DNA of 63,315 bases, counting the filler, from Collodictyon triciliatum (Eukaryota): NCBI GenBank assembly GCA_043381765.1. It is 4 parts of 4 records of this genome, joined end to end, with 100 filler letters (N's around TTAATTAATTAA, not from the genome) between each part and the next. Parts side by side here need not be neighbours in the genome. Positions count along the whole stretch, not along the records: positions 1 to 24,951 come from JBHJMP010001059.1; 3 more parts are not named here. One strand, written 5' to 3'. The notes under the pieces are model-generated. The model saw only the letters and a program-made list of their open reading frames with translations. It had not been told where the DNA came from and made no database searches. The position numbers were made by a program, and so were the translations under genes. How positions within the stretch are numbered: position 1 is the first letter of the stretch; each line of letters begins with the position of its first letter. This document shows, piece after piece, positions 1 through 13,233 of this stretch.

Positions 1-98
1 TTCTTTCTTTTTTTCTTTCTTTTTTTCTTTCTTTTTTTCTTTCTTTTTTTCTTTCTTTTTTTCTTTCTTTTTTTCTTTCTTTTTTTCTTTCTTTTTTT
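1..98. repeat. Tandem pyrimidine repeat (TTCTTTCTTTT-type)n
   Basis: Visible directly at the contig start. Confidence 0.95.
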
Positions 99-559
99 CC
101 ATCGTGTCACTTTGCCGATCGAGAAGTTGAGTTGTGGAAACGCCAAGAAACGGTTCTGCCACAGACACAAAGACGATTAGAACTCGGCGTAGCTTTCGAT
201 TCCTAGGCCTAAAATCAAGAAATATATGTTTAAAGCAACAAGATACAAGCACCAGCAAGAGCCCTGACCTTTCTTGCAAGCCTTTCGTCGAGCTCGTGAG
301 TGCAGAAAGCTGTAGACTCTGGCTTGCACAAAAATCACAAACTCTTTTTGCAAAGCAACACAAAGATCAGGTATGCAAAGGAAATAAAAAAAAAAAGGCC
401 TTCAAATAAGAGCAGTACCTTTGACTTATGGACAGTATTTTCTATTTATTTATTTTTTTTAGTTTGACGTTTAATTGTTTTTTTAAAAGCGCTGTTTTCT
501 TCTCCGAGTCTCTTTCTAACACGCCTCATGAACGAGATATAGAGCCACTTTAGAAGAAA

Positions 560-3500
560 ATGTCTTCAGCGCCACCGTCGAAACCGCCACCGCCACCTCC
601 TTCAAATCTCCCGCCGCCTCCGCCTCCGCCTATTGCTTTAGTCCCTGGTCAGCCTCATTCGATGTCCCTGCCACCTCCGCCACCTCTGCCTGCAAGTCTG
701 CTCCTGATCTCTTTTCATGCATACATATTTGATAATTTGACTTATCTATTCAAATTTCGCTTTATTTCATTCTCCTTTTTTTTTCCATTTCCTTCATCTC
801 TGCCACCCAATATATCATCCGTTTTTTTATCTGTTATAACAATCACATATTCTTTGTATAAACTCATGATATATTTTCTTACTTTTGCCCCATTCTCCCA
901 TATATCTTTATTGAAAATTGATGCTTAATATAATACCAAGAATAGCGCATACAAAAATATGAAGGAATTATTTAGTGGTGGGAAACAGTCCCTAATTTTG
1001 CCTACTTTTTAACTTCGGTGCTGTATTTCTTTGGTTAACCTTGCAAACTTCTACTAGGCGACACCCTTCCTCCTCCTCCGCCTCTCCCCTTTCCTCATGC
1101 GCCTCCGCGTGTATCCGTTCGTGGGCCTCTCCCTCCAACTCCAGGTTTTTATTCTATGAACAATTGGTATCATGATTATTTATATGCCTATCTGGTGGTT
1201 CGCCACTAGATATATTAATATGCTTGTGTCTCCCACTCATGAATAAACTGCATATTCTCTATTATTGCATCATGACCTGTTCGTTACAGTCGGACCCCCA
1301 CCTCCTCCAAATCCTCTTCGTAAGTAATTCTATAATTCATATATTCATGTATGTAATGTGTATGTTTATATAGTTTAACTGTTCGGTATGGTGCTGCATA
1401 CATCGGTATTAACCTAAGTCAATCGTTTATGCATCCAGAAAAACCATCTCATCCATCTCCCAACTCTGCAAATTCCCACCAACTTCCTCCACCTCCACCT
1501 CCACCTCCATCACAACCACAACCACAACCATCGTCGCATCTGAATACTACTCAACCTGCGTCACATACACCCTCATCCAATAGTTATGAGCTTAAAAAGA
1601 AGAAGGGATTTGGTTTGTTGTAATTTCTGGTGTAATACCTATTATAAAATTATCATTACATTTTTCCCCTTTATTCGATTCAAAAACATGCTCTTCATAT
1701 TATGAAATTTTATTATCTGCTATTTGAAATATACCAGCCATCAAAAAATATTATTGTTGTTGGATTATGTATACCACGTTTATTCATATACATTATACGC
1801 AATAGTTTCCTCTTTATTTGCTAGGAAAGAGACAGAAGGCCCTGACCTTGTCATTTCGCATCCCTTCAATTTTCATCACGACAATCATGTTTCATTTGAT
1901 TACGAAACGGGCACATTCCAGGTATACTCCCGCTGTTCCCCACTTTTCCATTTGTCGTAGTCTTTATATTTCACTTGCTCTTATGTTTGTTAATACGACT
2001 ATCGTATTTTGACAGGGTCTTCCTTCGGAGTGGTCGGTACTTTTGAAGGCATCTGGGATTTCGAAAGAGGAACAACGACAAAACCCGGAGGCTGTCATTG
2101 ATGCCATTAAGTTTCAGCATGAGTACAACAAAAAAACTATTACAGACTCAAGTGCACCAGAGTCGGATACTTCCGCAGAAAAAATGGTGCCCAACATAGA
2201 CGAAATTAAATTGGAGGATATGGTCAGCAAAGAGGACCCCTCCAAGCTGTTTATTGGTCTCCGAAAAGTGGGAGAAGGGTTTGGTTTCATCACTAAATTT
2301 CCAGCATTCTGGTATCTTTTCGTACATACGAATTATATCATCTCTATGTTGTTCTTTGGCGATTTGTATGTTATGTTTCAGCCCTTCTTCTATTCACCTC
2401 ACTTGATTCTAGTGCTTCTGGGATGGTCTATTTCGCTAAGGATTCCAAAACCAAAGCCGACGTATTGATACATATCTATAATTTGACTCATTGAAATAGG
2501 GACATAAAAATGGTGTCCTCGAATTCGCTAATATGTGCATCCATTCTTTATGAATGTATACTGTGTTATTTTAGGTTGCCATCAAGAAGATTGATAGATT
2601 GGCAGAATCGAACCAGAAGCTCATCAAAGCTGAGATTTATAACATGAGAAGAATCACTCACCCTTCTATCGTGGCCTATCTTGGCAGTTACTTTTGTGCT
2701 AATGAAATTTGGGTGAGTTACACTTATGCAATGACAATAAATTGGAGCTTAAGCATAATTATTGCAATTAATAGGCAACTAAGCAATATCATATTACTTG
2801 GTCAAATATGTATGCATAATTTGTTTTAGGTTGTACTTGAGTTCATGGACGGAGGCTCACTGACAGAAATTGTAACTGGCACGAAAAAAATGACCGAGCC
2901 GCAAATTGCGCGTGTCAGCCGCGATGTATTTTATATTTCATTTCTCGAATATCTTTTCAATATTTATGTATCATGTTTTGTTTACGCTTTTTATACTTTA
3001 ACCACACCGCGAATCGCTAGTCCAGGGAAAGTCACAAAATCACAGTAACACTACAAAAAAAAAAGGGCTGACTACAATTCCAAAAGTGTCGCAGGTAAAT
3101 AACTCGCATTAATTATCGTCATAGACTCTTGCAGGACTGGCCTATCTTCATAAGCTTGGATATATCCACAGAGACATAAAAAGTGATAACATTTTGATTA
3201 ACACAAAAGGGGATGTAAAACTAGGTTTGCTTCTTCTTTCTTCTTTTTTTCTGTTTTTATTTAGCTAATATACCCGTTTTAATATTACGGTGGATTCTTC
3301 TCAGTATAAATTTAAAAAATAATTAAATATGTTAGCTGATTTCGGATACTGTGCTTTACTGACCAAGGAACGGGCTAAACGGTATTACCCGAACTGCCTT
3401 GGTTAAAATTATTATGTTCTTTCAAATGGAAATTAAGCTATTCTCGAAGTGTCTATTGTTCTACTCTGTTTTATTAACACTACTTTGGTCTGGGATTAGT

Positions 3501-4084
3501 ACAAGTGTGGTTGGCACGCCATATTGGATGGCGCCCGAGCTTGTCAGGGGCCAAGAATATGGAACTAAGGCAATATGTCCCTCAAGNNNNNNNNNNNNNN
3601 NNNNNNNNNNNNNNNNNNNNNNNNNNNNNNNNNNNNNNNNNNNNNNNNNNNNNNNNNNNNNNNNNNNNNNNNNNNNNNNNNNNNNNNNNNNNNNNNNNNN
3701 NNNNNNNNNNNNNNNNNNNNNNNNNNNNNNNNNNNNNNNNNNNNNNNNNNNNNNNNNNNNNNNNNNNNNNNNNNNNNNNNNNNNNNNNNNNNNNNNNNNN
3801 NNNNNNNNNNNNNNNNNNNNNNNNNNNNNNNNNNNNNNNNNNNNNNNNNNNNNNNNNNNNNNNNNNNNNNNNNNNNNNNNNNNNNNNNNNNNNNNNNNNN
3901 NNNNNNNNNNNNNNNNNNNNNNNNNNNNNNNNNNNNNNNNNNNNNNNNNNNNNNNNNNNNNNNNNNNNNNNNNNNNNNNNNNNNNNNNNNNNNNNNNNNN
4001 NNNNNNNNNNNNNNNNNNNNNNNNNNNNNNNNNNNNNNNNNNNNNNNNNNNNNNNNNNNNNNNNNNNNNNNNNNNGATGCCTGA
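560..4084 (+). CDS. PAK/STE20 family kinase (Pro-rich N-terminus, CRIB/PBD, kinase); last exons fall in an N gap
   Basis: Spliced exons give [33 protein letters not shown], then [42 protein letters not shown] and [12 protein letters not shown]. About 12 GT-AG introns plus one likely GC donor at 3570. The 3' end is tentative because of the gap at 3587-4075. Confidence 0.92.
3587..4075. other. Scaffold gap (N run)
   Basis: N run inside the PAK gene. Similar gaps lie at 32665-33066 and 59307-59794. Confidence 0.99.
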
Positions 4085-4753
4085 GCTCTACGCTCATTAT
4101 TTCCCAAGAGGAAACTCATCTTTCTTGTAAACTGTAATCCTCTTAGTTATTTGCTGTAATACAAACGAACTGAAAGCCGCCAATATAATTCGATATCCGT
4201 CCGTTATCTAGCATGGCTTCATGGCCTCTGTATGTCCATCGTCAAGCCTTGTCACATTGTTGAAGTAAAGGCTCAAGATAATAGCCTCATCAATCTGATT
4301 GAAACAACAAATAAAGCAACAATTACTATGCGGTTAACGTTGCATGTTCTGTCGGTGGATTGTTTCAACCTGGAAGCTGGAATGATTAAGCATCAAAATT
4401 ATCTGAACATCTAAGAGAGAAAGAATGAAAAGGTAAGAGAGAATCACATAAATGCATCTGCAACAATAAAGACCCTCGCAAAAGAAGCCCCTTTTTAATT
4501 TTCAAACAAAATCCAACACAAAGCAAACGTGCCATGAATCTTTATTTATGTCCTGAAGCCACGGAGCGGCTCAAAAGATATGACGCACAGAATAATCATT
4601 CTGATGTATTTCGTTGCGCAGTAGAGTCAAGGCAAGAATACATATATATTTAACATATACATAGATCTGAATCAGACGGAAGGAGAATAGCAAAGAAATT
4701 AAAAGAAAGAAAAAGAAGAAAAGGAGGTGCAGGGGCGGGAATATATCTACAAG

Positions 4754-7700
4754 CTAAAGAGCCTTGGCCACGTGCGCATTGCTGTCAGGCGCATCCTGCT
4801 TCGCAGCGGCCGAGCCTTTCCCTTTGCAGAGCCTGTCGCAACCATCACCCTCGTCGGCGCCCGTGTTCGCAGCATTTGCAGCAACGGCGTTTCGGTGGGC
4901 GCGCCGCTCGTTTGACGCGTCGTCACAAAGTTGTTCGTTGGACAAGGGAGCGAGAACTCGTTGGCCAGGTCCGCCAAACAAGCCACTCAGCTTCACTGTG
5001 AGGAACTGATAGAAAGAATGAAAAGAGAGAGAGAAAGAAAAAGCCATAATGGTGTTAGTCTATGCGCGAATAACATGATGGTGAGGCAAAACTAAAAGGA
5101 TAACTGTGTGCGCGTGCGCGTGCTTCTATGGTTAATGCGTTAAGCTGTTTGTGTATTTACATATGTTGGTAAGGGAAATATGGAGTCAGGTAGAATGAAC
5201 AGGCAAACTGTTGGTCACTCAGGAATAGTAGGTATTACTTTAGGTGGGCGTCGGCTTTGTTGTGGTGTTCGCAGAGGCCGAGGCGTCATTTGGATTGCAT
5301 TGAACTTTGACACCTTCAATTCATGTAGGATAATGATGATGGTAATGATGATAGTAATGATGATGGTAATGATGATGGTAATGATGATGGTAATGATGAT
5401 GGTAATGATGATGGTAATGATGATGGTAATGATGATGGTAATGATGATGGTAATGATTGGAATATTACAAGAGCTGCCAACGGGTCGTTTACAACAGGGC
5501 ATATGATTATAGTCCCATCTTCGTGGATTAAAGGGGGGATGTCTTTTATGCATTCGAGAAATCGCTTGTCAGGACGTAAGAGGCATATCTTTTTTATGTT
5601 TGGGTGGATATAAATAATCATTAATGCTAAGAGAATGGTATTTGCATGTCCACTGGTTTGTTGTACTTGCTAAATTCATTGATGTCCATCAATCGTTCGG
5701 GCGTTCAATAAAAAGCAAGCGACCAAGAAAAATAACGAAGAGTATTTCAATTCGTAGATACGATATTACCTCTTCGATGGGGTTAACTGTGTCAAATTCT
5801 ATTATCACGTCGTTTATTGTCTTATTTTCTTGTGGTGGTACAACGAAGAAATAATGACTTGGCTGATTCTAACAAAATGTTGTTGTTTTTCAAAAAAAAA
5901 GTTACTGTGCTGGATTTTATTGTTTTGCTACCTTAGTCCATGAAACACACAGACGTAATAAATAATGCGCAGTGAGAGATGAAAGTAAACGAAGATGAGA
6001 ACAAAGAAAGAAAAAGTTTTTTTTAAAAGAGTGTTATAGAGTGCTATATTATTTTTTTCCTTTATTCGTGGAGTGCTATATTATGATTTTTATATGAAAA
6101 ATTGATGACATAATGAAACAAACGTTTACAAATGGCCCATCCGATTTTTCTTTGGATTTGGTGTGATTCTAAAAAAATTCATCATTAGACTGATAAAATT
6201 AAAAACACGCTTTATTATAAAAGCAAAAGAAGTATTATTACAAAAATGGAGGATTATTACAACAGTTTTCATCTTGATAAAGTCTGTCTCAAACTGGTAT
6301 CGCACACGAAATGACTGGATTTCGGGTGTAGATGGGAGTAAGCTATTGATCTGGTTTTGAGGTGTATGAAATACAAGAAAATACTCATTTAATCTAAATT
6401 GCCCACATTTCCTGTCCCAAGAACTACATAGTTCATCGAAAACATGTGTTTCAATAGCAAATAGTGTGTTTTAATCATATACAATCCCTACATAATTTGG
6501 TTGTATTAAATATATACTTTATATATGCACACAAATCCGCGGACGCTACTGACTAGTGATATTTTGCCTCGGTTGTCCCAGACTTTTCCGGACTGGATTC
6601 TCCCCATATTGATACCAACGGGCTGTGGATTCGATATTCCTGTAAAAGGTGCCCATTTGATGTATTAGGCGTTGATATGTGTCTACACATGAGTATCCTA
6701 TTATTGTATTCTTGATTCTATTTATCATAAACTGACACACCGCCGCTGTGTGTATGTATTGATATTGGTGTTTTCTCATGTTATGGAAAAATTAAGCACA
6801 CAGATTAATCATTCATTCAATCAATCCATCAATCAAAATATCTCAATTAGACCTGCACTTCTCTTCCAGCTGAAATATGCGGCAAAATGCACCGGAACTT
6901 TTTCTTCCGGATGCACCAATCCAAAATGCTCAGCAGAGAACTTCGGTAGCGTTCCTGATTTGACTGCGTGTGTGATTAAAATATAAAGCCTATACTCAAA
7001 CTGCACTTAAGAATTAAATGACTATACCGTTCTGGCCTGCAGCTTGTAAAGAGGGGGATTGTCTGGGGGATGAGGATACTGATGGCTCTACAGCATCGAT
7101 GACATAGATTTTAATTTGGGAGTGCTATATGTATCACCATGTCGGATAAGAAACATCAAGTTTATGTTCACCTCGTCCCTTGTTTGAAGAGAATGGTCTC
7201 GGAGGTGTTACTAAATCCTTTATTTTTTTTTAAGGAATTTGATATTAAGGTGTTGGCATATCGTAAATTAAGTTTCACTAATTCGATGATATCAAAGTCT
7301 ATATTCCTTAAACAAGGATGTGGTGTAAGGTCTATGAGAGGGTTTATCTGCAAATAGAAAAAAGGTATTCATTCTCTGTAAATTTATGCGTCACCAACAT
7401 AGCATTGTTTGTCATAAGCGTCTGGAGTCATCTGCCCCACCGCTGATTTTGATTGTTCATCTACAATATAATACACTTTTGAAGTGGCATGTAATTCAAA
7501 ACAAAGATATATTATGATTATTATTCCCGACTTTTTTATATGTGATAAAAAAATTACTTCATCGACAGAGCTATGCAATTAGAAAAAGTATGATAAACCT
7601 TCCATTTGGTCATGCTCCCAAGCAAGCCTTCCAAGCTCAGTCGAGCTGGGAGATTGGGATTTCTTTCTAGAGCCCACTTTTGGACTTGAGTAATCTGATG

Positions 7701-10700
7701 CGTCCAGCTTTGGAGAACAAACTTCGGATTGAAATGAACTATATCGCTGCGAAAAAAAAAGAAAGAAATTTGTCTCAAATTTTTGTTTTTTATGAAAAAA
7801 AAACTAGCAAAAAAAGTGAGAACAACTATATACCTGAGGATTAAATTCGATTCTTTCGAAGCTCAAATGCTCGTCTGTCGTATCCTTGTCAAATTCTGAA
7901 TGGCAGATTGATTGCTCAGATGTTTCGTCGAAGAAAATGCGAACCCCATGATTTTCCGTTTGGCATCCAATAGAATTCGTTACAATATCCTGTACCACCT
8001 GTGTTTGACCTCTCTTTTTATCAAACTAATTGTCAAAGATAAGTAAATAAAAAAAGCAATTACAAAACGATTTAACGTAATTTTTATGATGAAAATAGAT
8101 TAACCTCAGATATTCTCAGTTCTAATGTCTGACATTTCAACTCCCATTCACGGGCAATATTTTCAGATATGGCGACCTTTTTTCTGAATGGCACTAGTTT
8201 GTTATCCATGCTACTGAGTTCTTCATTTTGGAGGCCTATAATGTCTTCATACTCCTTGGTTGGAGACAATTCAAATTTGATGGCAAAGTAAGTTGTTTAT
8301 GTTTTGGTTTTGTTTTGTTTTTTTGGCAGATTATACAAAAAAAAAATGCTAGCCCAGTTCGCGCAAAATTTGGGGGAAATGTCTTTTTGTTACGATAAAT
8401 CATCTGTAGACTAACAAAATACACCTTGCACTTTTGCTCCAGCTCTTGAAGTCTAGTATTATACTGTTTTTCCTTGGAATCCTGTCACAAGAGTGTGCCA
8501 TGCAATAAGATTTCAATTATACATAATGATTTGTGATGTTGATGTTTTTGGTATGTTAAGTACGTGTAACGTCAAGGACAGAGAAAACAAAAATATACCC
8601 ATTCAAGGCATCTACTTTTCATCGTTCTGTTTGATTCCTGTTAGAAGAAAATGAAAAAGGAATGGATGAGAATAAGAAATTGAGTCAATTATTTACTTTT
8701 CTCTTTCCAATTTGTTCCCAGATGTTAGTAGAAATAGTGTAAGAATTATATACATCAATATTCTGGAGCATATCCCGGAGAGCCTTGTTCTCCTCCCGTT
8801 CTCTTACGACCTCTTCATGGAGCTTCTGTTTTGATCGATGTTTAAATGGTTACAGTGCATTTATTCCTCCATGCAAGAATGGATCGATAAAATTGCGAAA
8901 TCAATTGACGAAATTTAATGAATCATGCAACCACGACGAAACAATCGTTTGTGAGAATCGAAGCATTTTTTATAAGAATAGGAGAGCACCATAAGATAAA
9001 ATAAAATAAAAAAGTGTACTTCGATTTCTGATACAAAGGTCACTTTCATCCCTTCTATCGACATGATTTTTTCGTCTGCTAATTTTTGCCTCTCAGCTGC
9101 AATTATTCGGAGCTGTTCAGAGACCATCTGTAAGTTCAAATAAAATGTTTAGTAAACAAGACCTTTTATATCATTTGGTGGTGGTGTATGTTTAATCCTT
9201 CATGTAGTGCAATCAGTTATCGGCGAATTGATGGCTAGGATGAGGCCTCTCAAAGACTTGTATACATTTGATAGTTGTACCTTTTTCTCTTCAGCGATTT
9301 CGCTCTCTAGTTTTTTCCTTTGTTGAGTAAACTGTTGCTCCATCATTTGAAATTGTGACTGCAGCTTAGCCTCCATCTGCCGAATTCTCGCTCTCTCAAT
9401 CTTTCATCATAAGTAATATTTAAATTACTTTGATAGATTTTTTTAATAACCCATGTATAATTCTCACACGGAAGCCTTAATCCTCGCTCATAAAGTGAAA
9501 AAATGTAATGAAGGTTTCAGAAATTTTGGATTAGAACATGGGAGAGAAAGAGATAGGGTTGATTAACTAACCCTAAGGCGAATGGCAGAGGATGTAAGTA
9601 TTTGGTCAATTGATGGCCTCCTGTTTGTATCCTTTTCTAACATTCTGAATATGAGTGATTGGAAATCGATGCTGTACTTTTTGGGCATCGATGGGCAGGA
9701 ATCAGACACGATTTTACTAGAAATATAAGATTATTTAAAAAAAAAGAATCTGATGGCTAAGGTATGAATCAATTTAAAATCAATTTGAATAACTGATCTA
9801 GTAGTTGAGCGCATTTTATGTAAAATATATATAATAAATAATCTTTGCTAAGAAATATATCCTTTTACTCCGTCATTTGAGAAAGAGATGTACCGAGCAA
9901 GGGCCACTTGGTTAGAAGCCGTGAACGGAGGCCTTAGTGAAGCTAATTCAAACATCAGGCACCCCAATGCCCTTTTATTTACAGATGCTTCAATAATGAC
10001 ATTGAAGATACATTTTTACCCACAAGTACCAAAAGGAAACAGACTATTTTATCAAATCAAGAGAACCCCGCTGCACTTTGAATAGAATAAAGAGGAAAAG
10101 AAAGAAAGCAAATCAAGAATACCACTAAATTGATGTAAATTTACGAGCAGAAATAAACATTATTTACCAAATGTCAGTCTTGTAATTATACGGGCGACCT
10201 TCGCATAGTTCAGGAGAAAAATATAAAGGGGTTCCAACTATGCTCTGTTGAAGATATAAAATCAGGTACAAGATTCTCAATTCACATAAGTTAATTAGTA
10301 AGTGTGAATTTTATATCCCTCCATTTATATATCATTTGAAATCAAGCTCATGTGAAAAAGGATTAGAACACGATTGAAACTTGTAGATTTTATTCTCGTA
10401 CCTGCGTAGCTTGAGTCTAAAGTGGATGAAAGCACATAAACAAAAATACAACACATAAAATAAGTCATCACAAAAAAAATAGCGTATGATATACTCAAGT
10501 TTTACAATATCGTTTATGATGGATTATCATAGCTGTAAGACCAAAAATAGGCAGATTTTACCGTCGGCCCAAGCATTCGACCGAGGCCAAGGTCTCCAAT
10601 TTTGATATTATCATCTTCATCAAGAAATATATTCTGTGGTTTGATATCTCTGTGAATTATCCTTGCATCATGAAGACTTTTCAGTCCCTGTAATTAAGGT

Positions 10701-11538
10701 AGATGATATATGTTTTTTTAAAAAAAAAAAAACATTCGCTTCTTAGTTAAAAGAACGATCGTGGAAAAAAATTCCATCATGCTCTATTGTATCATATAAT
10801 TATATTTTTAATAATAAGAATAACCTGTGCAATTTGAATCAAATAAGCCCATAATTCCTCTTCATCAAAAAATTCTTTCTGGAGCTGCAGCTTCTTCCAC
10901 AAATCTCCACCAGAGGCATATTCCATAACAATAATCAGGTCTGTCCCTTCCACGAATGAATCAATGAGCTTAATTACATTGAAGTGTTGTATCCGACACA
11001 AAACAAGGACCTAACGATGTAGAATGTGGTTTGTTTTATTACATCGCTTGAGTTTGTACTATATATTCATCTTGCTTTTTTTCTTTATTTTGTGCTGAAA
11101 CATATATGTATTTCTATTTAATAATAGAAAGATAGTTGATATGGATAAAATAGTAACATTTTTTATTGCCAAAACACACCTCATTCAACGCCTCACTTTG
11201 CTCCTCTTCAGAAGCACCTTCGAGTGTAATTTTCTTGATCACACAAATGAATCCATCGCTAATTCGTTTCGCTTTGTGAACAGTTCCGTAAGTTCCCTGT
11301 AATTAAAAAAATGACATTAAATGACGAGTAACTAACAAGCGAAAGGATAATAAAGATGGACCGCATATGCTGATTTATCAATATGAATTTTGACAGAACA
11401 TATAATTGATGTGAAAATTTATACTTCCAAATAAAACAAAATAACTCATATATCCACCCCACACGATATTTCAGGATGTGAAAATGAGATACTAACTTTC
11501 CCGATGAACTGAAGTAATTCGTAGTCTTTCAGTCCCAT
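4754..11538 (-). CDS. NIMA-related (NEK) Ser/Thr kinase with coiled coil and long C-terminal extension
   Basis: [85 protein letters not shown]. More than 20 exons chain in frame through the coiled coil and tail. The distal exons and stop are less certain. Confidence 0.88.
5331..5457. repeat. 12-bp tandem repeat (ATGATGGTAATG)n in a NEK intron
   Basis: Produces the spurious MMMV, TIII and PSSL ORFs. Confidence 0.95.
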
Positions 11539-13233
11539 TTAGTAATAGGCTGGATATGTTTGAGGGAGAAAGAGAAAAAAAAAATGAATCCTGAATGCCG
11601 TGGTGAATCCTCTCGTCGCACAGAAAATATCTGGAATTAAAATAAAGGCAGTCTATTCGTGAGAATTACGAATCATATGTTGTAATCAAATAGAATTAAA
11701 ATGTCATGACCATGTTTCAAGGATCTTGCGTTAGAATATTCATTTGAGACTGCTTTGAAATGAACAATAGTGATGTTTTAATTTGACTGAAATAAATGAA
11801 AGACGTTCATAGAGTTCCCTCATGGTTCAATCACCTTGCAAAAACAGTAGAAGAAAACACATATGTGTTGGTAATAATTTCAGGAACAACTAAAAAAAAA
11901 AGAAACTTAGAAGGATGTGAAGAAGGAAAATAGCTACAGTTGAAATGCAGGCGAAGTGGATGGAAGGAGAAAGAAAATAAACAACTGGTTAGATATTCTG
12001 TAGGGCACCAGAGAAGTTAGTTAGAAGATAGAACATGCCGAATAATGATGCGGTACTCGAGAAGTTGTATTCAATAATTTGTCGAGTTTTCCTGTCTTGC
12101 ATTGTGGTGAACTTCCTCTTGCTGTGCATTTAGGGCCGTGACTCAGAGTCTTTTCTCTCCACCGCACCATCCCTTTGCCATTACCATGATCCGTCAATGT
12201 TTGGTCTCTGCTCTGTGGAATCTCTTTGCTAGATGGCCTGAACCTGATTTTGATTGATTGAATGTTTGAATTTTCAAATTAAGAAAAATTATCATATTTT
12301 TGGAATTTAAATATATATTTATGTTTGGAATTGAATTACCTTATATAATCGACCAATGCATTAAAAATGTTATTAAAATCACATTTTTTAGATTATTACT
12401 AAATTCTTTTGCGGCTTACCTGTCTTCATTAACACAGGGCGGTAATTGTGGCGAGCTCGAACATTCTGTGAATGTTGGCAAATTCAAAAATTTAATGGCT
12501 TTGTGTGTCACTATCCAGCAGGACAAAACAATAATCAAAGGTGTCCAATTTTACTGATACTTTAGTGAAAAATCCCCCCATATGTTGTTTTTCACATAAT
12601 TCATGTAAAATAGACAGTAATGTAGAAAGTCACGCAAATATCGTGATTTTCATCAAATTAGTCTATTTTCCATGAAACTCAAAATCAAATTTAAAATTTT
12701 TCCGTTTGAACCATTCTCACATCCGAATTCTTTTTGCCAAGCGTGCCAGCAATCGCAAGAGGCTCTTTTTCTTGCCCAATGAACTTCGCCCCGGTCTACC
12801 AAGCACCGATCCAAATTCCCCACACTACCCCACCATCCCACACACATGAACAAGCGAACACACACAAGCAAACACTGGCGAAAAGTCGGCAAGAAAAGTC
12901 GCCCCCATCATCACCATCACCATCACCATCACCGCGATCGGCTGTCAGCGGAATGCCGCATCCATAGCCGCGTGTCTTCACCAACCGAGGGATCCATAAG
13001 AACCAAAGTGAAAACGCAAACGAAAACGAAAGCTTGGAAAGGCGAATCCCTCGTCTGGTCGAGCCGCTTCTCCCCCCTCTCATCGCTGGTGTCCGCCACC
13101 ACGAGGACCACGAGCGCTTTGCCCGCCACCTCCAGGACCTCCCCTCCCCACCCCACCCCTCGCAGGACCCCCCACGCGCCCTCACCCAGCACACCACAGG
13201 CACCACCCACGCAGCGCCGCCCCACCGAGAGCC

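Noticed and set aside
5180-5621. Met-rich, Ile-rich and PSSL-repeat ORFs
   Set aside because: They are translations of an intronic 12-bp tandem repeat.
6038-6084. Short direct repeats in introns (GAGTGCTATATTAT x2; also AAAGAATGTTGTGAGAT x2 near 43592-43661)
   Set aside because: These are local slippage duplications with no terminal inverted repeats or transposase, and they are not a CRISPR-like array.
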